From an uncultured virus (IMG/VR IMGVR_UViG_3300009507_000010) (lineage: Duplodnaviria; Heunggongvirae; Uroviricota; Caudoviricetes): a DNA stretch of 64,000 nucleotides. A model generated the notes under the pieces. It worked only from the letters and a program-made list of their open reading frames with translations, did not search any database and was not told where the DNA came from. Below, in pieces: positions 32,001-40,705 of this stretch. Within the stretch, counting starts at the first letter, position 1; every line of letters starts with the position of its first letter. The stretch lies in the IMG/VR virus record IMGVR_UViG_3300009507_000010, one strand, 5' to 3'. Made by a program: the position numbers and the translations under genes.

Positions 32001-32545
32001 ACATTACCCACTGTGCCTTGTTGAATAGGTGTACCGATTGGATTACGCTTTGTAAATCCAGCATTTAAGACTTTAGTAAACTGTTCGTTCCAGTCTGGAT
32101 TAGAACTGTCGTTCCATTCAATAGTAACATTACTTAAATTAGTACCGTTGTTATCAAAGATGTTTTCTGTTGTTTGCACTGTTGACAACCTCAACAGACC
32201 ATTTGATGCTTTATTTCTTTTAGGATTGTAAGAAAGCATTCTAGCAATTCGGAGAACTGATTCTCTACGATCTGCTAGTTCTAAAAAGTTATCTCTTGCG
32301 TTAAGGTCGATGCGGAAAGAAAGGTTTTGACCCAAGAAAGCAATAAGGTCAATTAGTGCAAGATACTCACTCGATTCGATATAGTCATTAAAATCTTCCG
32401 CATAATTTTTACGGAGATAATTAATCATTGAACGTCTTAGATTGTCAAAGTCGTAACTTTTAAAATCTGCATTTTGGTAGCTTTGATAGATACGTTTCCA
32501 ATCTTCTGCTACTAGTAATCTGTTTTGTCTGTTGGTTGTTGACAT
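29090..32545 (-). CDS. gp6: Baseplate wedge subunit, T4 gp6-like
   Basis: 1151 aa; DFKSYDFDNLR..MINYL...FNDYIESSE...LIDLIA...FLELA.RRESVLRIARMLSYNPKR, ESNADIKVNAP..Y.TQNRMITGEDY. Confidence 0.85.
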   Translation of the reverse strand: MSTTNRQNRLLVAEDWKRIYQSYQNADFKSYDFDNLRRSMINYLRKNYAEDFNDYIESSEYLALIDLIAFLGQNLSFRIDLNARDNFLELADRRESVLRIARMLSYNPKRNKASNGLLRLSTVQTTENIFDNNGTNLSNVTIEWNDSSNPDWNEQFTKVLNAGFTKRNPIGTPIQQGTVGNVKTSTYKVNANNRKVPIFTFNKNVDGRNLNFEVTSCKLEEGSIVEENPLPGNNMSVLYRDDGSGPGSANTGYFVHFRQGSLQNADFAVENPSNNQVVALDVENINHDDLWLYQLDSNGSEQNLWSKVDAVEGNNVVYNSLSKNLRNIYFPQTRLGDRVNLVFSDGVFGNLPKGNFRAYYRVSQNSAYSITPKNIRNVSISIPYVSSSGKIETLSLNLQLTTTVSNAATSESNADIKVNAPALYYTQNRMITGEDYNIAPLAVSQDIVKVKSVNRVSSGFSRYFDLKDATGKYSNTNIYGNDGIIYRDEFLEKTEFSFTNKTEVEDIIYNTITPIIRSKKLRNYFYKNFPQTDMISYNTEFVQVTNETNMSTGYFINTNDNSLYKVGPAYTGGNFKFIQPGAMCKFVSPEGYYFDSNNNYDLVQGDPANVFGATTYKWTKIINVQGDGTSNGTGIINSQGAIQVNDTIPTGAILQKIITKLSQGLITDVANKAIDLIFAYRTFGLRYDVTTATWKIITSDNLNSADPFSLGKAGDSSNQNLDSSWLILFETSGTKYTVTYRNLRYIFESEEETRFFFDSSDKVYDSKTGKVIKDKISVLNINTLPEATMPFTINHDLEIVAEYKEPTGYVDTKKIEVTFFDSDDDGVVDDPDVFVQLVKPATNPLNKFVIQKRRSNIDKVEEWSFIDPTAEGIIILSNELEMQTVTSYTNNQLFYFTQTNVFKTLNTINARMTITNNYRAFVGRKGLKFHYVHVADYNQRIDPSASNIIDCYLLTRNYDVEFTRWLKGLSETKPLPPSSNQMQFDYGKQLNNIKSISDEIVYHPVNYKVLFGSKAESALQASIKVVKNEESVVSDNDIKTRIVVAIDEFFDLQNWDFGDIFYWSELSAYITYNLAPDIVSVVIVPLDAAGVFGNLFQVNSENNEIFKSGATVDTIEIIDEITAEKIKASSKITYAASGATNITSAAFNGDS

Positions 32546-32603
32546 GTGCTTCTCTTACCTTAACTTAGTATAATGTATTTATTTGATTGAGATATCTGCG
32601 TAC

Positions 32604-33044
32604 TTAATCTAGTAAGCCGTTAGATTCGTCAAACTTTAACACCAGCTGTTCAGATATATTGTAAGGTAAGTATGTTAATTCACATTCAATTATTATGCCA
32701 GATTCGTACTCGTCTATAAAAATATTCTCAGCTTGTATTCTCGGGTCGTAATTAATAATTTCTGTTACATTAGTAGCAATTGCTTCTTTTAACTCGTCAG
32801 TGAGCGGTTCAAATAAAAGGTCCCAGATTATTGTTCCAAAGTTTGGATTTTCTAATTTTTCACCCTGACGTATATGCAAATGGTTTACTAGATCTTGCTT
32901 AATAAGTTCAAGATCGTATACTACTGCATCACTAATTGTTCTTCCGACACTAGACACTCCTCTATAAGCCCTACTAGTAATAGGAGCTTGGGGTCTCTTT
33001 GGTGTGTTTACAACAACCTCTTTATATATTCTCTGATCTGCCAT
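32604..33044 (-). CDS. gp25: Baseplate wedge subunit, T4 gp25-like
   Basis: 146 aa; DLELIKQDL.NHL..RQGEKLENPNFGTIIWDLLFEP...I..YDPRI. Confidence 0.85.
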   Translation of the reverse strand: MADQRIYKEVVVNTPKRPQAPITSRAYRGVSSVGRTISDAVVYDLELIKQDLVNHLHIRQGEKLENPNFGTIIWDLLFEPLTDELKEAIATNVTEIINYDPRIQAENIFIDEYESGIIIECELTYLPYNISEQLVLKFDESNGLLD

Positions 33045-33061
33045 AACGTATTTAGCCCTCT

Positions 33062-33373
33062 TTATTCACCGTCTGCATACACCGTGGTTTGTGTAACTTC
33101 TTTTACATATGCAGTACAATCGTAGGTGTCAGCTAGGCGTGCAACTGCTAAATTATTTGCAAATACTGTTGGACTAGCATTATTAATAAGTGTACTGTAT
33201 ACCGGCGGACAGTGTGTATGAGGAGTGTTTGTATCAGTTAGTCTGTGAATAGGCTCTTCGCATACAAAAACATTGTCGCTTCCACTTAACGTAGCAATAT
33301 CAGCAGGCACAACGCAGACTGCGTGTCCTGTGTTTACTACATCTACTCCGTTTCCTCGTGCTACTAATGGCAT
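33062..33373 (-). CDS. PAAR-repeat spike tip protein (gp5.4-like)
   Basis: 103 aa; MPLVAR..D..TGH..C, GSDNVF...PIHR..D..TPH.HC, SPTVFANNLAVARLAD..DC; follows the spike gene. Confidence 0.85.
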   Translation of the reverse strand: MPLVARGNGVDVVNTGHAVCVVPADIATLSGSDNVFVCEEPIHRLTDTNTPHTHCPPVYSTLINNASPTVFANNLAVARLADTYDCTAYVKEVTQTTVYADGE

Positions 33374-33379
33374 ATTGTT

Positions 33380-34900
33380 TTACCTCTTAAATGTATCTGA
33401 TATCGTTGGGAACGCTGGTGGCTCTTCTGGGAATCTAGTTTCGTCAAGATTTGCGATTTCGCTTTCTCGAGTTGTTCCTTCAATTTCGCTAGTTTCTTCA
33501 CCTTCACCTACTGATGCTACTGTTGCATCAGGAGTTGCTGCTTCTGGATCTAGATGTTCATGACCGAACCACGGTTCGTGTAACGGAACACGCACGGGTT
33601 TGTTTGCAGATCCTGCTTGTGCTGCTGTTGCTGCTACTGGTCCATTCATATGAATTGGATCTGCTGTTTCGTAATGTCCTGAGCTATTAATATTTGTTGT
33701 GCCGCCAGCTGTAATCATAGTGTCGCCGGCACTATAAGTGTTTACTGTACCCTGTGCTGTAAGTAATCCATTGCCTTCTGCTCTTACACTCCAGTTAGCA
33801 CCTGCTTGACTCGAAATATTATTTCCTGCACTAATATTAACATCATTTCCTGCTTCAATATTAACATCTCGTCCTGCTTTAAAGTTAAAGTCATTTTCTG
33901 TATGGATGCTAACGCTGTCTTGTGCATAGATATCAATCTTACCGTTACTGGTCATTTCAATCCAACTAGTGCCTCTAGCATTGCCAATATAGATTAAGTC
34001 TTCTGAGTTGTGAAGCAATATCTGATGACCTGTTCTGGTGCGAATTCTAAATAATTCATTATGAGGAATATTAGTCTTGTTATCTGGTGCATATTCCGGA
34101 GGGCCTTCGCCTGCAGGAGTTTTTCTAACAAGAGTTTCATCGCCGTCATCCATTACTAAACTAGATCCGCCCAGTCTAGATGTATGACGTTGAATATTAT
34201 CGTCTTTAGTTCCATACGGTCCCTTAGGTCCAGTTTTATCTAACGGTCCAGGGCTACTAAATCCAAATACCATACTAGGCATATCTCGTCTTGCACTCGA
34301 AGTTGTTGTTCCTCTAACCCAGTCTTCTATTAATCCTTGCTCTTGTAAAAATGCAGCTTGATGCGGGTGATACGGACGCTTAGTTTTAGTAGGATCACTA
34401 TTAGGTTTATTATCTTCTAGTAATGTATTAATTTCACCCGAAGGCAATCTAAACCCTGTTATGTCGCCCGGTTCATCATCTTTCCAGCGTGTGTCTGTTG
34501 CCGGTGCAACACCAGGAACTTGCATATTGATAAAGTCATCTTGAATACAACCTATCCAAAAACATTCTTTAGTTGTTCCTTCTACAAATACAACTAACAC
34601 TTCTGTACCTGGATCTGGTGGAACCATAAAAAATCCGTAACTGTTTTGAGTACTAGCATAATCTTTATTTTTCTTAAGATGACGCTTTCCTGTTGTTCCG
34701 TAGAACGGACTTAGATATTTTGCATTATACATAGTGCTACCTTCGCCCACAGCATCGCCTGATGCTGTTTCTTTTTTCAGCTGCACTACTATAGTGCCCA
34801 TATAGGTACTATCAAGCGTTTTTACAACAGTTGCTCGATATGGTCCCGGATCTTTTGGTGCTACTGATTGTGCTGCTGGTGTTCTAGACTCTTGTGGCAT
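33380..34900 (-). CDS. gp5: Baseplate central spike, gp5/VgrG-like (OB fold + beta-helix)
   Basis: 506 aa; YGFFMVPPDPGTEVLVVF...CFWIGC OB-fold motif, RIRTRTGHQILLH, C-terminal AG.DVNI.AG beta-helix repeats; followed by PAAR. Confidence 0.8.
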   Translation of the reverse strand: MPQESRTPAAQSVAPKDPGPYRATVVKTLDSTYMGTIVVQLKKETASGDAVGEGSTMYNAKYLSPFYGTTGKRHLKKNKDYASTQNSYGFFMVPPDPGTEVLVVFVEGTTKECFWIGCIQDDFINMQVPGVAPATDTRWKDDEPGDITGFRLPSGEINTLLEDNKPNSDPTKTKRPYHPHQAAFLQEQGLIEDWVRGTTTSSARRDMPSMVFGFSSPGPLDKTGPKGPYGTKDDNIQRHTSRLGGSSLVMDDGDETLVRKTPAGEGPPEYAPDNKTNIPHNELFRIRTRTGHQILLHNSEDLIYIGNARGTSWIEMTSNGKIDIYAQDSVSIHTENDFNFKAGRDVNIEAGNDVNISAGNNISSQAGANWSVRAEGNGLLTAQGTVNTYSAGDTMITAGGTTNINSSGHYETADPIHMNGPVAATAAQAGSANKPVRVPLHEPWFGHEHLDPEAATPDATVASVGEGEETSEIEGTTRESEIANLDETRFPEEPPAFPTISDTFKR

Positions 34901-34912
34901 TCTGCTATTCCT

Positions 34913-37549
34913 TTATGTGGCATCTACTGGCGGTACTACATCAGTATTCGGACGTGGATCTTTAGATGTTATTAATCCGCCTCCGCTAGAACCAGCTGAT
35001 ACAGTCGGCGACGATAAATCAGATTGATTTCTTCGTCGAGTTAATGACAATCGTTGTTTAAATTCACCTTGATTAAATTCGTTAGTAACTGCGGTAACCA
35101 TATAAAGTCCACTAAATGGAGACACTGGAACTGAATCACTTAACATTTCTATATATCCGCCTTGGCCACCATAGTCCAACGGTGTCCTAAAGTTTACTAC
35201 AATGTCTATTTCATGTCTTTGATGATCCATAGTGCCATCTGCTGTTGCAGTAGTAGTCGGACCAAGATCAGCAGTATAATTTCCAAAGCCAGTATCTGAC
35301 ATAAAATACGGATCGCCTAAGATTGTCATATCCAACGTAACCATATCTGCTTGGCTATCTAATATTGCTTGATGGAACATTCTAGCATTTCTTATAGGGG
35401 CAGTTTCTTGACCAGCACCTACTGGCGCTACTGCACCGTTATATGTCGGACTAGTTTTTATTTCACTTGCGCCTTCTGCAGGAGTTTCGCCGCCGGCTGG
35501 GCTAACTGTGTTTCCGTCTTTATCTTCAACAGTTGTTTGTCCTGCATTTGCGTTTGCTCGGTTACCAAAGTCTGCTTGAAGCACAGTATGGAATGCCATT
35601 TCAAACTCAATATTAAAATCTATAATATCTATGTTTTTGCCTGTGTAAATATAATTGTATACCTTAGTTACATTAGGAGCAATGGATCCGTATCCTTTAG
35701 GTTGCTGCGTAGGCGCCATAAATTTACTAGAATGTACTTTAGTAGGAATAACTCTATAAACATACACTTTGCTTTCGCCGCCTTTTGCAGTATCAGATGC
35801 TTTACCTACTAGATATACTTGCGGATCAATTGTAAACCAATCAACCATTCCTTGATCGTCTACTCTTTCAGCAAATTCTTGTCCATACTTTGAAGATAAA
35901 ATAACTTCTTCAATGATCTTTGTAATTTTAACGCCAGCTGGAAACGAAAACTCTCGTCTGTTTGCTGAAATAGTAGTGTTTCCACGTTTGAATACATTGT
36001 TGTCTTTATCCCACGCTTCTGCAATTCCAGCTGGAGCCTGCGGAACATTTCCTCCACTAGTTTGATCAAATCCCATCAAGCTAGATCCAATGTCGTTTAA
36101 GCTAGCTTCGCCTTGCACTAAACTGTTAGTTTCACCTTCACGTGATGCTTGGACGCCGCCAATTTGGAACCCGTCAGCTGTTGCTTGTGCAGCCGATACT
36201 GCTGCTTCACCTTCAGAAGCACGTTCTTTAGCGGCTCCTAATGATTTTGGAGACGGTAATCCAGGTATTCTACTAAATGCATTTGAAAGTACTGAGCCAA
36301 TTTCACCCGGAAGTGCTGCTAGATTATTAATAGTATCAATTGCTTGGCTAGCTATTTGATTAGCATTGTTTAGGTCTTGTTGTAAATTTTGCAGAGCAGG
36401 TGCGTTGACTCCCCATTGAGATAACGCACTAGATACTTCTCCAACTGCACCTTGTGTTACTGATGCTGCTTGGTTTATTGTTCCTAATAAAGTAGTTGCA
36501 GATTCAGCTGCTGATGATAATTTATCTAAGCCTCCTGTAACTGCACCTAGTCCCATTCCTGCGCCGCCAGCGCTATCTTTTGGAAATACTATGAATATTT
36601 CTTCAACTGGAGTTGATGGATTGTCTTTAACCCTTGCTGCATATGCTTTGTTTATTACTGCGGTAAGACTATTGTCACCTTTTTGTAACATTTCTTGAAC
36701 CGATCCAGTTCCTTCTTCAGGTCCTGATATAGTAATTGCACCTTGCGATTTGTTTACTTGGTCTGATGTTGCTTGCTCATTGTAAGGATATGCTCTGACA
36801 GCATACACGGTCCCTGCTTCGCTAACTCGCATCTTGGCTTCGTACAGTCTAATAGGTATAAATCTTTTTGCATCTGGAATATTCACTGTTTGGTCTTGGT
36901 CTGTATGTCCTACAAACTCAACAGTTAACAAGAACGGTGCCATTAAGTAGTTAGAATATCCACATGCTAGTGCTGCACTTTGTAAACTTTGTAAAAATAA
37001 ACCCATTGATAGCGGTTCAGTTACTTCAAATGATATACCGTGTGCATTTGTAGTTCCTGTTAACGCTGTATTTGCCATGTGCGCTGCTATTTCAACGTTA
37101 TCAATAAAGTATTCAACTTTGCCGTTTGATTCCCAGGAAGTAGTTGCTTTAGGGTTTGCTCCGCCGCCGCTTCTTAATATAACTTGCCTAGCGCCATTAA
37201 ACCTATATGTAGCATTGTTATACGAGTCACGTGTTAAGCAGCTAAGTTCAAAAATACAATTAAAACTTCTAAACTGATTTAATATGTTTGGCTTTGCCCC
37301 GGAAAAAACATTTCCAGTTGATAAAAAATTATTTAACGAACTGCCTTTAAACAGTTCTCCATTGAGTAATGATTTTGCATCAGAAACAATTGCTTTAGAA
37401 GCTGAAGCAATATTATTTCCTAGTTGTTTAATGTCGTCTACTACTTGGACTGCTTCATTCCAAGTTTGTTGAGCTTCTTCAATTCTCTGGACGCCACTTT
37501 CTACTCGATTTATTCCCTCGAGTAATTTATCAACTGTAGGTCTTGCCAT
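34913..37549 (-). CDS. Putative baseplate hub protein (gp27-like)
   Basis: 878 aa between gp53-like and gp5-like genes; C-terminal LDMTILGDPY...FSGLYMVTAVTNEFNQGEFKQRLSLTR typical of hub proteins. Confidence 0.6.
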   Translation of the reverse strand: MARPTVDKLLEGINRVESGVQRIEEAQQTWNEAVQVVDDIKQLGNNIASASKAIVSDAKSLLNGELFKGSSLNNFLSTGNVFSGAKPNILNQFRSFNCIFELSCLTRDSYNNATYRFNGARQVILRSGGGANPKATTSWESNGKVEYFIDNVEIAAHMANTALTGTTNAHGISFEVTEPLSMGLFLQSLQSAALACGYSNYLMAPFLLTVEFVGHTDQDQTVNIPDAKRFIPIRLYEAKMRVSEAGTVYAVRAYPYNEQATSDQVNKSQGAITISGPEEGTGSVQEMLQKGDNSLTAVINKAYAARVKDNPSTPVEEIFIVFPKDSAGGAGMGLGAVTGGLDKLSSAAESATTLLGTINQAASVTQGAVGEVSSALSQWGVNAPALQNLQQDLNNANQIASQAIDTINNLAALPGEIGSVLSNAFSRIPGLPSPKSLGAAKERASEGEAAVSAAQATADGFQIGGVQASREGETNSLVQGEASLNDIGSSLMGFDQTSGGNVPQAPAGIAEAWDKDNNVFKRGNTTISANRREFSFPAGVKITKIIEEVILSSKYGQEFAERVDDQGMVDWFTIDPQVYLVGKASDTAKGGESKVYVYRVIPTKVHSSKFMAPTQQPKGYGSIAPNVTKVYNYIYTGKNIDIIDFNIEFEMAFHTVLQADFGNRANANAGQTTVEDKDGNTVSPAGGETPAEGASEIKTSPTYNGAVAPVGAGQETAPIRNARMFHQAILDSQADMVTLDMTILGDPYFMSDTGFGNYTADLGPTTTATADGTMDHQRHEIDIVVNFRTPLDYGGQGGYIEMLSDSVPVSPFSGLYMVTAVTNEFNQGEFKQRLSLTRRRNQSDLSSPTVSAGSSGGGLITSKDPRPNTDVVPPVDAT

Positions 37550-37550
37550 A

Positions 37551-37859
37551 TTAAACTCCTAGTGCTCTTAGTAAGTTATCTTTTTTTGGCAAAAATATTC
37601 GAACACCTGGCTTAAAATCAAAAATAGGATCTTGTAATACGTCCATATTTCTCTGTGCAAAAACCCACCACAGTTTAGGAGTACCGTAAATGTCAAACGA
37701 TAGTAAATCTGGTCTATATATGTACTGTGGTTCTAGTTCATAGAGTATATCATCTGATTCAGACGGAATTGTTCTAATTTCAAAGTAGCTTAAATTACCC
37801 GACCCTGAAAATTTTGTATTTGACCAAGGACTTGATTTTGAATATTGTGCTGATGCCAT
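37551..37859 (-). CDS. gp53: Baseplate wedge protein, gp53-like (LysM-like)
   Basis: 102 aa; YRPDLLSFDIYGTPKLWWVFAQRN...DPIFDF.PG..I.LP. Confidence 0.8.
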   Translation of the reverse strand: MASAQYSKSSPWSNTKFSGSGNLSYFEIRTIPSESDDILYELEPQYIYRPDLLSFDIYGTPKLWWVFAQRNMDVLQDPIFDFKPGVRIFLPKKDNLLRALGV

Positions 37860-38725
37860 TAAATGTAACCTCCGCCTTTAACAAGATCGCCGTTGACGAA
37901 TCCTCTAAGACTAAATTTCTCTTGTTCTCTTCTACTATAGGATGGTACTAATGTAATACTAACCATACTTGATACCGGAACGTGTACATTACCATTTCCT
38001 GGTCTTGGAATTGCTCCTCCTGATACTTGAGATGCAATATTTGCTGCACTTGCTAGTGAACTAGATGCACCGTCGGTGCTAATTGAAATATAATCAGTGT
38101 CTGGCGATAAATCTAGTGTAAAGTTACTAACTACAACCGGAACATTGTTGAAAACATAATCACCGTATCCGCTAAATCTTAATACAGGCGGCGGCGATCC
38201 TTGCTCTGAACCATTATCTGAACCATATGCCATTTTAGTTACACTTCTTAGATAGTGCAACATTCCTAGCCAATACAATCCTTCTTCAGCTGTTTCATTA
38301 AAAAACTGACCTGATACTGTAATCTGCTCCACAGCACTATTACGGTATGCTTGAATAGGATATATACTATGTGTAGGTGATATTGCATTGTAATTTGCAC
38401 TGTGTACTATGTTAACTGTAGGAGTAAAAGGAAAGACTAAGCCGTTTGTTTTACGTAGCGGTGCTATTAAAGGACTAGATAAAAAAGCTGACGTTGATGG
38501 CATTGATAATCTAACTCGCCAATCGCCGGAACTTGGAAAATTTGCAGTAGCTGATCCACCGCTTGCAGATCCATTTAATAATCCTAACAAAGATCTACTA
38601 GTTCTAAGGACACGCCCGATGTTTCCGGATTGTATATCCTGTCCTAACTGCGCAGTTGTTCGCAATCCTGTGCTAACTGTATTAGCTGTTTGCTGAACTG
38701 TGTTGAGTACTTTTCTAAATGACAT
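37859..38725 (-). CDS. Baseplate tail-tube initiator/cap protein (gp48/gp54-like, CIS tube-initiator type)
   Basis: 288 aa; GLVFPFTP.V...HSANY, PPPVLRFSGYGDYVFNNVPVVVSNFT motif; first gene of the baseplate operon. Confidence 0.6.
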   Translation of the reverse strand: MSFRKVLNTVQQTANTVSTGLRTTAQLGQDIQSGNIGRVLRTSRSLLGLLNGSASGGSATANFPSSGDWRVRLSMPSTSAFLSSPLIAPLRKTNGLVFPFTPTVNIVHSANYNAISPTHSIYPIQAYRNSAVEQITVSGQFFNETAEEGLYWLGMLHYLRSVTKMAYGSDNGSEQGSPPPVLRFSGYGDYVFNNVPVVVSNFTLDLSPDTDYISISTDGASSSLASAANIASQVSGGAIPRPGNGNVHVPVSSMVSITLVPSYSRREQEKFSLRGFVNGDLVKGGGYI

Positions 38726-38744
38726 AATGCGTTCTCCTATACAT

Positions 38745-38750
38745 TATTTA
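38745..38750 (-). promoter_or_regulatory. Late promoter (TAAATA) for the baseplate operon
   Basis: TAAATA on the minus strand 19 nt upstream of the 38725 ATG, followed by AGGAG RBS; the same motif precedes many structural genes. Confidence 0.65.
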
Positions 38751-38751
38751 G

Positions 38752-38780
38752 TTGACTTTATTAACAGAGTATATTATACT
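38752..38780 (+). promoter_or_regulatory. Sigma70-type promoter for the late sigma factor gene
   Basis: TTGACT-N17-TATACT followed by AGGAG RBS and ATG at 38805. Confidence 0.75.
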
Positions 38781-38804
38781 AGTAGTTGAACCCTAGGAGA
38801 TCCA

Positions 38805-39632
38805 ATGAAAAGAGTAAATTATCTTAACAACAAGGACATACTGTCCGAAATACATAAGTCAAAGGCAACTTTTTGCTCTTATGTAGACCCAGATTACAAT
38901 CAGTTTGACATAATTTTGCCAAGTACTGATAAAATTAATCATCTTACTATCGCAGAAGCAAAGCGCAACAAAGTAAAACGCCTTAGCACTGCTGAGTATG
39001 ACCGACGTAAAGCTAATGGCGAGAAGGTCAAGCAAGCTGAATGTGAAGTAGACTATAAAAGTATTACAAAGGAAGAATTAATCTTCCGTATCATGACGTT
39101 TGATCACATTCCAGACGAACCCGGAAGAAAGAAAAATCCAAAAACAGATGCAGACCGTAAAGTAAAGTTAAACTTTCCGCCATTTCAGCATTACAAGTTT
39201 GACGACGAAGGAAACCTTGTGTGTGTAGGAAAATCACACTGGGAAGGCGGTATGGAGAATGGTTGCTTTAATCATAAACACGGTAAAGCTACAAATAAGT
39301 TAGCTCTTATGTGGATGAAGCTGTGTGATCGGTATGCTACTCGCGGTAATGTACGTGGATACACTTACAATGATGAGATGCGCGGACAAGCTATCCTACA
39401 GTTAGCACAGATTGGTTTGCAGTTTGACGAATCAAAGTCTAATAATCCGTTTGCATACTATACTGCTGCTGTTACTAACAGTTTTGTACGTGTTATCAAC
39501 ATTGAAAAGCGTAATCAAAACATTCGAGATGATATCTTAGAAGCAAATGGCATGAATCCGAGCTTTACACGAACTGGTAATGCAGAATGGGAAGCTAGTT
39601 TGGCAAGAGACGCCAACAATGCCCCCGATTAA
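38805..39632 (+). CDS. gp55: Sigma factor for late transcription, T4 gp55-like
   Basis: 275 aa; NYLNNKD, N.RGYTYNDEMRGQAI...FDESKSNNPFAYYT....NSF.R.INIEKR; precedes gp47/gp46 as in T4-like phages. Confidence 0.85.
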   Translation: MKRVNYLNNKDILSEIHKSKATFCSYVDPDYNQFDIILPSTDKINHLTIAEAKRNKVKRLSTAEYDRRKANGEKVKQAECEVDYKSITKEELIFRIMTFDHIPDEPGRKKNPKTDADRKVKLNFPPFQHYKFDDEGNLVCVGKSHWEGGMENGCFNHKHGKATNKLALMWMKLCDRYATRGNVRGYTYNDEMRGQAILQLAQIGLQFDESKSNNPFAYYTAAVTNSFVRVINIEKRNQNIRDDILEANGMNPSFTRTGNAEWEASLARDANNAPD

Positions 39633-39635
39633 TGG

Positions 39636-39664
39636 TTGACTTTACTGCTAAAGTGTAGTATTAT
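39636..39664 (+). promoter_or_regulatory. Sigma70-type promoter for gp47-gp46
   Basis: TTGACT-N17-TATTAT upstream of AGGAG RBS and TTG start at 39695. Confidence 0.7.
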
Positions 39665-39694
39665 TAATGTATTAAATTATAGGAGAAGTCTGAC

Positions 39695-40705
39695 TTGTTT
39701 AAGAAAGCAGCAGTTTTTACAGATATCCACTTTGGATTAAAAGGCAACAGTCGAACACACAATGACGACTGTGAAGAATTTGTAGATTGGTATATTGAAC
39801 AGGCAAAAGCTAACGGTTGCGAAACTGGTATCTTCTGCGGAGACTGGCATCACAATCGCAATAGCTTAAATCTTACAACTATGGACGCTACTATTAGGTC
39901 TTTAGAAAAACTAGGTAAAGCATTTGACAAGTTCTATATGTTTGTTGGCAACCATGACTTGTACTACAAAGACAAGCGTGACGTAACATCAACCATGTTC
40001 GGACGTCATATTCCAGGGATTACTATCGTAGACGAGATGTATGAAGAGGACGATGTTGCACTTGTTCCGTGGCTAGTAGGCGATGAGTGGAAGAAAATTC
40101 AAAAGTGCAAAGCAAAATATATGTTTGGACACTTTGAACTTCCTAACTTTTATATGAACGCACTTGTAAAGATGCCTGATCACGGTGAACTGCGTCCAGA
40201 AAACTTTGCTAATCAAAAATATGTATTCAGTGGACACTTCCATAAGCGTCAAGTACAAGGATCAATTCATTACATCGGCAATGCATTTCCACACAACTAT
40301 GCAGATGCGTGGGACGATGATCGCGGTATGATGATTCTTGATCGACAAAACGATGCAGAGCCCGAATACATTAATTGGCCCAACTGTCCTAAGTATCGTA
40401 CAATTAAACTAAGCAGACTAATTGACGAACAAGATACATTTATTAAGAGCAAGATGTATCTTCGTGTTGAATTAGATCTTCCTATCAGCTTCGAAGAAGC
40501 AAGTTTTATTAAAGAAACTTTCTTAACAGGCTATGACTGTAGAGAGATTACTTTAATTCCGCAGAAGCAGTTAGAAGAAATATCAACTGAACTAGACATT
40601 GCACAATTTGAAAGTGTTGATCAAATTGTTGCAGGTGAGATTTCTGCACTAGACACTGAAAACTTTAATAAGAAGATGCTACTTGACATCTATAACGAGC
40701 TATAA
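39695..40705 (+). CDS. gp47: Recombination endonuclease subunit, gp47 (Mre11/SbcD-like metallophosphoesterase)
   Basis: 336 aa; TDIHFG, GDWHH, GNHD, GHFE, SGHFH motifs. Confidence 0.92.
   Translation: MFKKAAVFTDIHFGLKGNSRTHNDDCEEFVDWYIEQAKANGCETGIFCGDWHHNRNSLNLTTMDATIRSLEKLGKAFDKFYMFVGNHDLYYKDKRDVTSTMFGRHIPGITIVDEMYEEDDVALVPWLVGDEWKKIQKCKAKYMFGHFELPNFYMNALVKMPDHGELRPENFANQKYVFSGHFHKRQVQGSIHYIGNAFPHNYADAWDDDRGMMILDRQNDAEPEYINWPNCPKYRTIKLSRLIDEQDTFIKSKMYLRVELDLPISFEEASFIKETFLTGYDCREITLIPQKQLEEISTELDIAQFESVDQIVAGEISALDTENFNKKMLLDIYNEL

Noticed and set aside
926..38696. Many 60-150 aa plus-strand ORFs opposite the long minus-strand genes, and similar minus-strand ORFs opposite 55117-64000
   Set aside because: Fully nested antisense frames arising from codon bias; no RBS or recognisable motifs
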